A stretch of 64,000 nt of DNA. It comes from a virus (taxonomy: Duplodnaviria; Caudoviricetes). Below, one piece after another: positions 17,180-26,289 of the stretch. The position numbers and the translations under genes are program-made. Under the pieces are notes generated by a model. It searched no databases. It was not told where the DNA came from and worked only from the letters and a program-made list of their open reading frames with translations. The DNA lies in IMG/VR virus record IMGVR_UViG_3300013121_000046; one strand, written 5' to 3'. Position 1 is the first letter of the stretch, and each line of letters starts with the position of its first letter.

Positions 17180-17867
17180 AAAAAAGAATGGGCGGCTTTA
17201 GTTGGTTAGTCCGCCCGAGGGTGAAGTACTCCTTTCGGGAGTACCCTACACCGGTGTTTCAAGCCGTTCACCCTCTTGGTCCCTGTTATTGGATTTTAGG
17301 TCCGGGTAACAGCACCCAATTCAGGTTGGTCGCTTCTGACCTTAAACAATCGAAGCCGCTAAACTCCATTGCCATTAGTCAGGTGTCTTTTGCTTCGGGG
17401 GGAAGCGTCCAACACCTCTCTTTCGAGACTCTGCCTGACCTTTCGACCTGACAGATTAGACCCCTTCACAACTCAACCTGTGTACTTTGCCGTAGTAAAC
17501 GGCTTCCCCCAAACTACTATTTAGTATATAGTAATGGAGATTTCAAGTCTCCTCGTCAACCTAAACGCTCGATAAGTACAAATCCGAACGTCCCATAGCA
17601 GAATTCCCTAATTGACGTTAGGTATCTTGCACAGGGCTAACAGCAGGTTATACTCGCGTCACCGAGATTTACCCTGCACCGTAAGCAATCTTGTAAGAGT
17701 GGCTTAACACCCAACCCTTCGTTTCGGGGCTGTCCAAGATTCAGGCTTTACTCTATCCCCTCTAGGAGGGGCAACTTGGGTAGGTTGTTCCCAAAGTCGT
17801 TTTTTCGCCCGAGCACTAGGGGCGATTGGGAAGCATCCAAACTCTTTCGAGTATTGTCTGCTTCCCA
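17180..17867 (-). ncRNA. large highly structured non-coding RNA (~690 nt), GOLLD/ROOL-like size and context, family unassigned
   Basis: Own promoter motif at 17874-17887, terminal hairpin + U run, about 20 stems, several GAAA tetraloops, loop-loop complementarities; no credible ORF. Confidence 0.75.
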
Positions 17868-17873
17868 TGAACT

Positions 17874-17887
17874 AGTATACCCCAAAA
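17874..17887 (-). promoter_or_regulatory. TTTTGGGGTATACT promoter-like motif
   Basis: -10-like TATACT ~7 nt upstream of the first hairpin of the large RNA. Confidence 0.65.
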
Positions 17888-17926
17888 GATCACCTCCGTA
17901 GACCAAAAAAGGCCGAAAATTTTTTA

Positions 17927-18637
17927 CTAGCACAGCAGTTGAACTAACTCCCATATCCTATTGAGGTTACGACAATAAACCTCCGGATGAATCGCTTTCA
18001 GGTTATCCTGTGCAGTATGGATCCTAATTTTGCTCTGCGAACACCCATCCACAATCACAGTGGGAATATTGTGGTAACTAAAAACCAAACCATCACTGGG
18101 GCATCCCCAATACCTGGAACGAGGATCAGATAAACCCAAAGATATCCCCCATTCTTCTGGAAAATACTGAACAGCCAAATCTCCGCAGCCTAAACATTCC
18201 AAGTCTAAATTACAGAAAATTGTCTTCCGAATCTCAGGATCATCCAAATACTGTCTAGCTCCCCATCTCCCTTGTTCCTCTTGGGGAAACGAAACCAATC
18301 GGATATCTCTACGCGGAGCCCAGTCCCGAAGCTTCGACCATACTGCGGTCAAAGCAACTACTGAACTCCAATTATCCACGATCCCTTGACTAGGGGTACC
18401 CACGTAATCGTGATGGGCAGAAACTACCAAAGACTTTAACTCCGGGACTTTCCCAGGGAAAACCACCTCGATTATTGATCCACCATCCCGATCCTTCGCA
18501 CATTTAGTAACCGAGGGGGTTACCCCTAAGGATTCCCAGAAATCTATGAGGGCCCCTTGTCGGTAAAAAAGTGAGGCATCACTCGGCAGAGTCAGCCTAG
18601 GCAAAATCGTTTGGTAGTAGTCTTCCAGGGTTAGCAT
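17927..18637 (-). CDS. M28 family metallopeptidase
   Basis: SAHHD, GIVDNWSSV, QEEQG, NLDLE, SD, IHTAQD motifs. Confidence 0.85.
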   Translation of the reverse strand: MLTLEDYYQTILPRLTLPSDASLFYRQGALIDFWESLGVTPSVTKCAKDRDGGSIIEVVFPGKVPELKSLVVSAHHDYVGTPSQGIVDNWSSVVALTAVWSKLRDWAPRRDIRLVSFPQEEQGRWGARQYLDDPEIRKTIFCNLDLECLGCGDLAVQYFPEEWGISLGLSDPRSRYWGCPSDGLVFSYHNIPTVIVDGCSQSKIRIHTAQDNLKAIHPEVYCRNLNRIWELVQLLC

Positions 18638-19190
18638 TTGGCAGCAAAGTTCCTAAAAAATCCAAGATATGCAAATTTGCCTCAGGTAACCAGTTATGAC
18701 CTCCCGGGGGGAGCATAACAAACTTCCCCTTAGGTCCCCACCACTTCGCTAGTACCTCTCCACCATTTTCTTTTGGTGGTACCAAAGGATCGTCTGGGCT
18801 GCCCAAGAATAGAGCCGGGGGGCGTAATTCTACCGGGGTTTCTGGCATCTTTTCCGCCGCAGAATACTGCCCAGCGTACACAACTAAACCATCAATAGGT
18901 AGTCTAGCCAAGACTCGCTCAATCCCAATCCGCATAGCCATGTTAGCCCCAGCGGAGAAACCTAACGCTACCTTAGGAAGGAAACCCTCACACATTTGCT
19001 CGAATTTAGCCACGGTAGAGTGGACTGGCCAAGCCTCTGAGGCCCCAAAAAAATTCCAGAATCTCCAAGCAGATTTAGCAAACACCAATTCCCAGTCAGA
19101 GCCCTGTAAGGCCAGGTCCAATTGCGAATGTATTCGCAACAATCTAGCCGAACCACCCAACCCATGATAAGCCACCACACATCCACTCAT
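18597..19190 (-). CDS. alpha/beta hydrolase (esterase-like)
   Basis: YHGLGG oxyanion motif, GFSAG nucleophile elbow, DDPLV, GGHNW. Confidence 0.85.
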   Translation of the reverse strand: MSGCVVAYHGLGGSARLLRIHSQLDLALQGSDWELVFAKSAWRFWNFFGASEAWPVHSTVAKFEQMCEGFLPKVALGFSAGANMAMRIGIERVLARLPIDGLVVYAGQYSAAEKMPETPVELRPPALFLGSPDDPLVPPKENGGEVLAKWWGPKGKFVMLPPGGHNWLPEANLHILDFLGTLLPNANPGRLLPNDFA

Positions 19191-19369
19191 TCTGGAATCT
19201 CCCTATCCCCAGATACGGGTAAATCCAGAGCCAACGTTTCCAAATGCTCCACCAGTTTTCTAACATCCTCATAAATTGGTGCCTTGGAGAAGTTGTAGTC
19301 TCCCAGAATGCTATCTCCCAGGTAGTCCGTAAGATGCTCAAGTAGGGCAAAATAGGAAGAAAATCGCAT
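19187..19369 (-). CDS. hypothetical protein
   Basis: 60 aa, ATGA overlap with downstream gene, GGGGG RBS. Confidence 0.55.
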   Translation of the reverse strand: MRFSSYFALLEHLTDYLGDSILGDYNFSKAPIYEDVRKLVEHLETLALDLPVSGDREIPE

Positions 19370-19398
19370 AGAACACCCCCCAAATTAAAACTGGTTCC

Positions 19399-19659
19399 CT
19401 ACTCAATCTCAACCAAATAGGGCAAAATTTGCTTGTACTTTCGGAGACAGCTTTCGCCTACGGGAAAATAGCCCATATCCCCAGCAGGATCCATTACAGT
19501 CGCTTCCTCTTTCGTGACGATGCTACTCCCCCCATTGTGTACCCGAACCCATCGCATAGTGGTATTAGCCGTAGCCTTACCACAAATCAAACAAGGGGTG
19601 TAGCCTTCCGGACAGGTCGCATTGTGCTTATAGACAGCCGATCTAGGGACTGGCATCAT
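19399..19659 (-). CDS. small Zn-binding protein
   Basis: PCLICGK ... FPVGESC. Confidence 0.65.
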   Translation of the reverse strand: MMPVPRSAVYKHNATCPEGYTPCLICGKATANTTMRWVRVHNGGSSIVTKEEATVMDPAGDMGYFPVGESCLRKYKQILPYLVEIE

Positions 19660-20264
19660 TCCATGCTCTCCTCGACAGGAGTTTCCGCCTCATCCTCCGG
19701 AGGCAGAGCTTTGTACCGCCGTACCTCCACCTCCAGAAGTCGGTTAACCGCATCCAACTCAGCCTTGTACCGCTTCTGCGCCTCAAGAAGCCGAGTTAAA
19801 ATTCGAGCTTGCTGGTGCTTACTACGCATCCTAGGTGAGTACTTCTCAAACCTACTAGCTCGCTGCCCGGGAGTCTCTATATGCAAATCCCCGGATCTCC
19901 AATAAAAAAGAGATCCTACATCTTCTGGCTTTACCAGATAGTTTCCAGCCCCTAATCCCCCAATCGTATCCGAAACTCGTAAACCAATATCAGACTCCCG
20001 AATCTCATAGGGACTGATTTTGGTTTGTTTCGCCACATTTTCGAGGGTTGCTTTCTTCCCTAAGGCTCCACCTACCACTTCCTGCCTAGCATTTATCTCC
20101 GCAATAAATTTCTTCCCTACATCCGAGGGACCTACCACTCCTTTTTCTTGAATCTCACCCTGCTCAGTATAGGGTGGAAGGCTTAACCCAACGTCCTCTG
20201 GCTGAATAACATACAGTCGCGGAGAACCCAATTCCCTGATCCTATCTAGTAAAGACTCACTCAT
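19656..20264 (-). CDS. hypothetical protein with repeated Y.I..EDVG motifs and C-terminal coiled coil
   Basis: YVIQPEDVG / YEIRESDIG / YLVKPEDVG repeats; GGAG RBS before MSESLL. Confidence 0.7.
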   Translation of the reverse strand: MSESLLDRIRELGSPRLYVIQPEDVGLSLPPYTEQGEIQEKGVVGPSDVGKKFIAEINARQEVVGGALGKKATLENVAKQTKISPYEIRESDIGLRVSDTIGGLGAGNYLVKPEDVGSLFYWRSGDLHIETPGQRASRFEKYSPRMRSKHQQARILTRLLEAQKRYKAELDAVNRLLEVEVRRYKALPPEDEAETPVEESME

Positions 20265-20478
20265 AGTTAGGACTCCAGAAAATAGGCCCATTTACTGGGC
20301 AATGTCAAATAGGGGCACTCTTGGTAAATTCGGTACATTACTGCTAACCCTTCTGAAGACAGATTAGCCTGACTTTGCATCACTTCCCACAATAATCGCA
20401 AAGATTCTTGCGATAACCCCATACAAATGGGGGGTTCTTGAGTCAAAAGAACATCGCTAGCCATGAGGGTACCTCCCG

Positions 20479-21387
20479 TTAGTCCAGGCTCAAGGCCAAA
20501 GACCGCCAATCGGTTCCAGTAGCTCGCGTGTACTGCAACAAGGACTTGATATGCACCAAAAGACGCAAACTTAAGTCCCGAACGTTGTCAGCGTTCAAAT
20601 GGAGAAACTCAATCACCTCCTTTTGGGTGTCTTCCGTCTCCCCCTTAAGCATCTTGGGCACAAGCCCCACAATTCTCTCCAAAATCTCCTCCCGAGTTGA
20701 TCCAATCACCACCGTAAGGGCTCGACTCAGGACCGCCTTCAAGTGCGGAGACTCAATCTTCTCCCGCTCCAAGTTGGAGATGAAGATAACTTGGCCCCGA
20801 AAAATAAACTCCGGAACCTCGACAGCCGCCGAGCTAGACCGCCAAGCCACCTTGCGTTCCGGATATGTGTCCAATACCGATTTAAGAACATTCAAACCAG
20901 TCTGATCCTTCAACACTCCGTCACAATCGTCGAAAATGACCAGACTATGACGATGCTCATACAGAGCATTGTACAGCCCTAGGCTGGTAGCATGACCTTG
21001 GATAATGTGGTAGTCATACCCCTCCGTCTTATTGGCACGACTCAGCACCTCTCGCACCGTATAGGTCTTGCCGGTACCGCCGGGGCCTGCCACAAACAGA
21101 GAGTTGGAAAAACCAGCCGCCACAACCTGGGTAAGGTGGGCAAGATTTTCAAACTGTGTGTCCACCGGAAGACGAGACTTGGCCGAAGTCGCCTTCCCCG
21201 AGGTTTCAACCTCCGGGGTAAGAACCTTACCCCCCGGAAGCACAACCTGCTCCGAACAAACCTGCACCGTATGTGACGGCACATGAAAAATGGTCCCGTC
21301 CTCCGCGATCAATGAGGTGTTGAACTTGGCCTTACGACGAATCTGATACACACCTTCCTGTCCGATCACCTTGGCAAAACGAGACAT
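20479..21387 (-). CDS. AAA-family P-loop ATPase
   Basis: Walker A GPGGTGKT, Walker B LVIFDD, sensor IFISN, LSR; GAGG RBS. Confidence 0.85.
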   Translation of the reverse strand: MSRFAKVIGQEGVYQIRRKAKFNTSLIAEDGTIFHVPSHTVQVCSEQVVLPGGKVLTPEVETSGKATSAKSRLPVDTQFENLAHLTQVVAAGFSNSLFVAGPGGTGKTYTVREVLSRANKTEGYDYHIIQGHATSLGLYNALYEHRHSLVIFDDCDGVLKDQTGLNVLKSVLDTYPERKVAWRSSSAAVEVPEFIFRGQVIFISNLEREKIESPHLKAVLSRALTVVIGSTREEILERIVGLVPKMLKGETEDTQKEVIEFLHLNADNVRDLSLRLLVHIKSLLQYTRATGTDWRSLALSLD

Positions 21388-21401
21388 TTTAGTGTTCCTC
21401 G

Positions 21402-21448
21402 TATTTAGAATTCTGAAGACACTGAAGTATACCTCAGAATTCTAAATA
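21402..21448. promoter_or_regulatory. 15-bp perfect inverted repeat enclosing a -10-like GGTATACT
   Basis: TATTTAGAATTCTGA-N17-TCAGAATTCTAAATA. Confidence 0.7.
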
Positions 21449-21645
21449 GGAGGGAAAAAAACCCGAAAAATGGAAAAATAGTACAAAAAAAGCAAAAAAA
21501 CCGATATTTAGGCTACCTAGGTTACCTAGATTACCCAAAATAAAAACTACCCCATTCAAGCTCCCCCTTATACCCCCTATTTAGGGATATCAGAGTAGCC
21601 TGAATGGGGTAGTGAAGGTAACTGGCCCGTGTAAAACTTGGTATT

Positions 21646-22224
21646 CTAATCCTCAAACGGATTATCGAACGCTCGAACATACCCCTCCCGCTCAACCTGA
21701 CCCTGGGAACGCAATCGAGCAGCCCAATCCACAAGGTACTGGCGAGTAGTCACGTTAAGCTCCCCAGTACCTGGAGCAGTTTGGGACAGGGCAAAGTTGT
21801 ACCAATCGTCCAAATCTTTAGCCATGAACCCCTTACTGACCAAAAAATCATACCCCCGCTGCTGGTACTCCATATAAGCCAACTCGGCTCCCGAGGGGGC
21901 TCCCTCTTTAGATTCTTTGCGTTCCTTAGAAGACTCGTCCGAATCCTCTTCAGAATCCTCGTCAGAATCCTTTTTGGATTTCCCACTAACCGCTTCGTAA
22001 ACATCCTCCTCTAGGATGGAGGATACTCGATTTGATTCCTGAACCTCCCCAGAAACATCGAAATCCGGATACTGCTGAGCCCAGTAACCAAAGGAACCCA
22101 AGATAACCTGAACCACATGCTTCTCCCAGCCCTCGACTGTACTCTCCAGGACTGCTGCCGGAGAAGAAGTGTCGATGGGAAAAGTCTCCTTAACCTCTGC
22201 TGATTTTTCTTCCTCAGACATCAC
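21646..22224 (-). CDS. acidic hypothetical protein
   Basis: 192 aa, DSDEDSEEDSDE 12-bp repeats; GGAGG RBS. Confidence 0.75.
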   Translation of the reverse strand: MMSEEEKSAEVKETFPIDTSSPAAVLESTVEGWEKHVVQVILGSFGYWAQQYPDFDVSGEVQESNRVSSILEEDVYEAVSGKSKKDSDEDSEEDSDESSKERKESKEGAPSGAELAYMEYQQRGYDFLVSKGFMAKDLDDWYNFALSQTAPGTGELNVTTRQYLVDWAARLRSQGQVEREGYVRAFDNPFED

Positions 22225-22292
22225 AAACTTCCTCCAAACTCTAAAAACCGCATTTGTAGTAAAAAACCCTCAAATCAGTATCAGTACAACAG

Positions 22293-22366
22293 TGGGTAGG
22301 GCCTGAGTCGAACAGGCGCTGACTCGGTTTTTCAGGCCGACGCTCTACCGTCTGAGCTACCTACCC
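22293..22366 (-). tRNA. trnF: tRNA-Phe(GAA)
   Basis: GGGTAGG acceptor, GCTC/GAGC D-arm, anticodon loop CTGAAAA, GCCTG-TTCGACT-CAGGC T-arm; one C.A mismatch in the anticodon stem. Confidence 0.88.
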
Positions 22367-22594
22367 ACTATGATATACCCCAAAAATTTTATCTGGGACC
22401 TTTTTTCCCTTTCCAAGTTTTTGTACCCTTCGGATAACTACAAACCGGCTTCTTCTTTACTCCGATACTCTGTTGAACCAACAATCGCTGATAAATTAGG
22501 GCACCTAACTTTGGACCTAAAAGACTGCTCATTGCAAAACCTTACCCGAGAGGTAGTTAAGTCACTATACCCCTTGGTAAACACCTAATCAAAC

Positions 22595-22639
22595 AAAAGA
22601 GCCTGTTAGGGCCTAAAACTTTCCCTAACAGGCTCTTTT
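22595..22639 (-). terminator. intrinsic terminator (possibly bidirectional)
   Basis: AAAAGAGCCTGTTAGGG/CCCTAACAGGCTCTTTT. Confidence 0.85.
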
Positions 22640-22675
22640 AGATTATCACAAAGAAGCACCCACGCTCAAAACAAT

Positions 22676-23200
22676 TTACTCCTCACCAACCGTAGTAATC
22701 CCCAAGACACCGGTAGGATTAACCGGAGCAAAGGTATCCAACAGCACACCAGAGGCAGTCAGAGGCGTATCTGAGGGATTTCCGGCATCATCCACCCAGA
22801 CAAAGGACAGATCGACTGTGGAATTCTGCTCGCCAGACAAGCCCTCAACAACAGTTTGATCCTTCTGAGTGGAGATCACCGACTCTTGGTCCCCATTCTT
22901 CAGTGTGAGTTGACCACCAGCAATTTCAGCAGCGTCCGATTCCTTCTCAGGCAAAGCCGGGAGATTCACCACGTACTTAATTCCCATTTCAGATTCTCCA
23001 ACACAAGTGAGAGATAGCCCATTTTTTGGATTAGGGAGTCTACAAACAGCTTGGGCTATACGATGTATCTGTTTATAGACACCAACGAGGAGCAAATTTT
23101 GATACCGAAGTATGCGAATTTGCTCATCTAGTCTATCCAGAAATCTTCGCTCCTGAATAGATGGTTGATTAAAACTACGAAAAAAGGAAAAAAGACCCAA
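22676..23200 (-). CDS. FN3/Ig-like domain protein (paralog of 58571-59005)
   Basis: LSFVWVDDAGNPS...LLDTFAP; TTG start after GGAGG; second in-frame RBS+ATG at 22987. Confidence 0.7.
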   Translation of the reverse strand: MGLFSFFRSFNQPSIQERRFLDRLDEQIRILRYQNLLLVGVYKQIHRIAQAVCRLPNPKNGLSLTCVGESEMGIKYVVNLPALPEKESDAAEIAGGQLTLKNGDQESVISTQKDQTVVEGLSGEQNSTVDLSFVWVDDAGNPSDTPLTASGVLLDTFAPVNPTGVLGITTVGEE

Positions 23201-23204
23201 AGTC

Positions 23205-23408
23205 TTATCCCTCCAAAAGAGATACCCAAACAGCTTTGGGCCCTCGTTCTGAGGGCTCACATTCATACTCCACTTCATCCCCCTCCTGGAGAGCGTCAAA
23301 CTCAGAGTTTTTCACAATAGAAGCGTGAAAAAATATATCCTTTTGACCTTCAGCCCGGATGAAACCAAAACCTCGATCTGCTACAAGCTTTTTCACAGTA
23401 CCAGTCAC
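23205..23408 (-). CDS. cold-shock domain protein
   Basis: GTVKK..DRGFGFI (RNP1), DIFFH (RNP2), LQEGDEVEY, RGPKA; GTG start. Confidence 0.93.
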   Translation of the reverse strand: MTGTVKKLVADRGFGFIRAEGQKDIFFHASIVKNSEFDALQEGDEVEYECEPSERGPKAVWVSLLEG

Positions 23409-23643
23409 TCCGCACACCCTTTCAATTAAGGTCAATCATCCTTGAAAATAAACTTCCTACGATTACAAAGTCTGTTGTACTGCTGCCAGAGACTGGATGT
23501 GGGTTACTGGCAAACCGAAATCGAAGTAGAATTTTTCTAGTATACCCACAGAATCACTGAAAACACTAAATCAGTTTTACCGACTACAGCGAATGGACTC
23601 TCATTCACGGATTATACATACTTTGATTTATCTGCCTCTACTC

Positions 23644-23916
23644 CTACTCCCCATCATCTCCTAAATCATCAAATTCCTTGCGTATTTGATCTATAGAAAC
23701 TTCCTTACAGCTATCCCAAGGACTTGTAAATCTTGGGGGCCATCGGTGTTGCATATACTTTTTAAGTTGTGCAAGTTTAGCCTTCATACCGGAAATAAAT
23801 TCCTGAGAAGCCTCATCATCACAGCCTGCATAGGCAGCTATTAACCCTTCAATATCCTGAACTGCATGGGGGAGGGCCCATTGAAGCAAATCACTAACAG
23901 ACATTTTGGAATTCAT
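23644..23916 (-). CDS. hypothetical protein
   Basis: 90-aa ORF. Confidence 0.6.
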   Translation of the reverse strand: MNSKMSVSDLLQWALPHAVQDIEGLIAAYAGCDDEASQEFISGMKAKLAQLKKYMQHRWPPRFTSPWDSCKEVSIDQIRKEFDDLGDDGE

Positions 23917-24052
23917 TTAAGGCTGCCTATCTTCAATGATAGACTCTGCCTCAAGGTCGAAGAGAGTCTTGGTCAGTCTCCGGAGAAAGAGCTTATCTCT
24001 ATCCGCTCTTACACTAAACGGCCACCATTTCTTGAGGAAAAAGCTCAAAATG

Positions 24053-24255
24053 CTACCCTCCAATCAAAGAGACATAGGTCGCCTTAGGACCCTGCTCCAA
24101 GACTTGCATCTCGTACTCCACCGTATCTCCTACTTGAATGGAATCAAATTCCGCATTTTTAACCGCTGAGGCGTGGAAAAAATATCCTTTTAATTCTCCG
24201 CCCGAATGAACCCGAAACCACGATCTGATACCAGCTTCTTTACCGTACCAGTCAC
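24053..24255 (-). pseudogene. second cold-shock domain gene split by TAA (24190-24192) and a -1 frame change
   Basis: Frame 1 VTGTVKKLVSDRGFGFIRAEN*; frame 2 FFHASAVKNAEFDSIQVGDTVEYE...GPKA. Confidence 0.85.
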
Positions 24256-24307
24256 TCAACACCTTACTTTCAGAAAAAGATTCATCCATGAAAAAACTAT
24301 CCCAAAC

Positions 24308-24841
24308 TTAAATTGTCTGCATTATCATGGCTGGCTGTTTAATTTCTGCTGAAAAGCCAAAATCCTGGCAAAATTGCACCAAAGAAGCCAAGGAATCAGA
24401 CCAGAGAGTTAATTCAAGGGCGCCCCCGGCTTGATACGGTGATTCATTCACCCAGTATACGAAGTCCTGCTCCGCATCATTTCCCACTGGGGCAAATCCC
24501 GTACAATACACCGTAGCCCCTTGTCGCTCGACGGCAATAGCCTCCCCCATAACGCGCCAAGAAGATCCGGGGACATAACACGGGAAGTCATCCCCAGGCG
24601 ATCTAGGGCAGTCATCTTCTGGAATATCCCCAGAGATTGCTTCCTCTAAACGAAGAAGGCCGGGAGGTTTATTTGGCTCGCCTCCCCAAACTTTTGTTTT
24701 ACAACCAACAGATATCCCCCGAGTTGATCGACCCATTTTAAGCGGCCCCCTCCAACAAACCCCAACCCAATCGGGGGGTAGTAGCCGGGGCACCTCGCTG
24801 GGATGGCGGCAATAGATCGTATTGCCGTGGTCGAATGTCAA
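24308..24841 (-). CDS. hypothetical protein
   Basis: C-term NES...GG...LT.W......QFC.DFG shared with 25060-25278. Confidence 0.6.
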   Translation of the reverse strand: MTFDHGNTIYCRHPSEVPRLLPPDWVGVCWRGPLKMGRSTRGISVGCKTKVWGGEPNKPPGLLRLEEAISGDIPEDDCPRSPGDDFPCYVPGSSWRVMGEAIAVERQGATVYCTGFAPVGNDAEQDFVYWVNESPYQAGGALELTLWSDSLASLVQFCQDFGFSAEIKQPAMIMQTI

Positions 24842-25059
24842 TTTCAGCTAACGCTTCCGCCGCCTCAAGGGATCGCTCGAAGGCCTCACGATCAATCAAT
24901 GAATTGTTCTCAATAATTTTTTGATCTATCCCCAAACCCATCCCCCCCTTTAATCGCACTGCTTCCGCACCCAACTTAATGCTAGCTGGAACAATGGCAC
25001 TAATCCAAGAGTAACCCATAACCACATCCCCAGAACTGATGCCTATTTTAGCTGGACCC

Positions 25060-25278
25060 TTAAAGGGTCTGCCGGATAGATGCTGGACTCTGTATTTGAG
25101 ATTTATCGAGGCCAAAATCCGCACAGAACTGTTCCAAATTCTCTCGGGATTCAGCCCAATAAGTCAGTACAATATCTCCACCCGCCGCAAAGTCCGACTC
25201 ATTAAGTCGATATACGCTCTGGCCGGAAATTTTCCTCTCTAACATAACCACTACCACAGTATCGTCATTTTCCCCCAT
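25060..25278 (-). CDS. hypothetical protein, paralog of the 24308-24841 C-terminus
   Basis: YRLNESDFAAGGDIVLTYWAESRENLEQFCADFG. Confidence 0.6.
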   Translation of the reverse strand: MGENDDTVVVVMLERKISGQSVYRLNESDFAAGGDIVLTYWAESRENLEQFCADFGLDKSQIQSPASIRQTL

Positions 25279-25521
25279 TATGTGGGTTAACTCCGTTACC
25301 TCCCAAGAAGACTCTGCTACAGGTATCGGTAACTGTGGCTCCCGCTCCTTCCCACACCTCTCCCAAAAGCAACTCCAGGTTAACTATCTTTTCCGGTGCC
25401 GGAAAATCTTTAATTTCCCAGTATACACCGGAAAAAACTACTATCTTTGCCGACACCTGGATACCCCTCGTTCGCGTCCCCCATTTTATTCTTCCTGTCG
25501 CTGTCTATTTCTATTTTTCAG

Positions 25522-25879
25522 TGGAGGTGGCGGGAGTCGAACCCGCGTCTTGAAATAGTATCAATACTTGGCGTCTACGTGTGTGTCTCTGGGTCTATTT
25601 TCATTCTGGGTAGTGGGGCTCAGAGCGAAGCCGCCACTACCCCTATCTGGCTGTATCTCGACCCCCTAAAGTGCCAGCATACGGGGGATCACACCGAATT
25701 TAGCAACCAATTTTTGAACCCCTTCGGTTGGAGTCCGCAATTGGGACCGCCCAATCACTTAGGCAGCCAGAGCAAAAGTCTCAGCATCTGACGTTTGGTC
25801 GGCTTTTTACGTGGCCCGCTGACCAACCACGACACGCAACCAAATACTCTCACTATTCAATCGAAACCATTTCACCCCC
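25522..25879 (-). ncRNA. ssrA: tmRNA (one-piece), tag (A)AETFALAA
   Basis: 5' GGGGGTGAAATGGTTTCGA; 3' GACGCGGGTTCGACTCCCGCCACCTCCA with G3.U70 pair; tag ORF GCT GAG ACT TTT GCT CTG GCT GCC TAA at 25785-25759. Confidence 0.95.
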
Positions 25880-26152
25880 TAAAGCCGGTGAAGTACAGAA
25901 TGTGTAGTTTTTTCAGAATACCTTAGTCTAACCCCCGTCAACCCATTCCAGATCAACTGAGGTTTAATATCCCTTGTTGGGAAAACCCCAACCCCATAAA
26001 CATCAACTCCGCACTTCAAAAAAATATGACTACCTCTCCCTGGTATTACTGGTATTAAAAACCATCTGGGAGACAACAAAAGTAACAACAAAAGCAACAA
26101 GAAAAGCAACAATATCCATTCTTCACCTAGTTTCAGTAAAAAAATAATACAA

Positions 26153-26227
26153 TCGGGGCTGAGAGATTTGAACTCCCGACCCCCTGCTCCCAAAGCAGGT
26201 GATCTAGCCAAGCTGAGCTAAGCCCCG
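26153..26227 (-). tRNA. trnP: tRNA-Pro(TGG)
   Basis: CGGGGCT acceptor, CCTGC-TTTGGGA-GCAGG anticodon arm, GTTCAAATC T-loop. Confidence 0.93.
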
Positions 26228-26289
26228 ACAGACAAACCAAACGCGAGAGCCTCCCACCCTATTTACCTCAAAAATTTCAGTTGTGCAAA

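Noticed and set aside
17180-17867. Group I/II intron or RNase P RNA
   Set aside because: No interrupted host gene and no recognisable P7, domain V or GAGGAAAGTCC signatures by eye.
17170-17954. ORFs 17170-17451(+) and 17748-17954(-)
   Set aside because: They overlap the structured RNA and its promoter, lack an RBS and recognisable motifs, and one is on the non-coding strand.
25447-26211. ORFs 25447-25791(+) and 25879-26211(-)
   Set aside because: They overlap tmRNA and tRNA-Pro; at most a 29-aa hydrophobic peptide from ATG 26119 is plausible.
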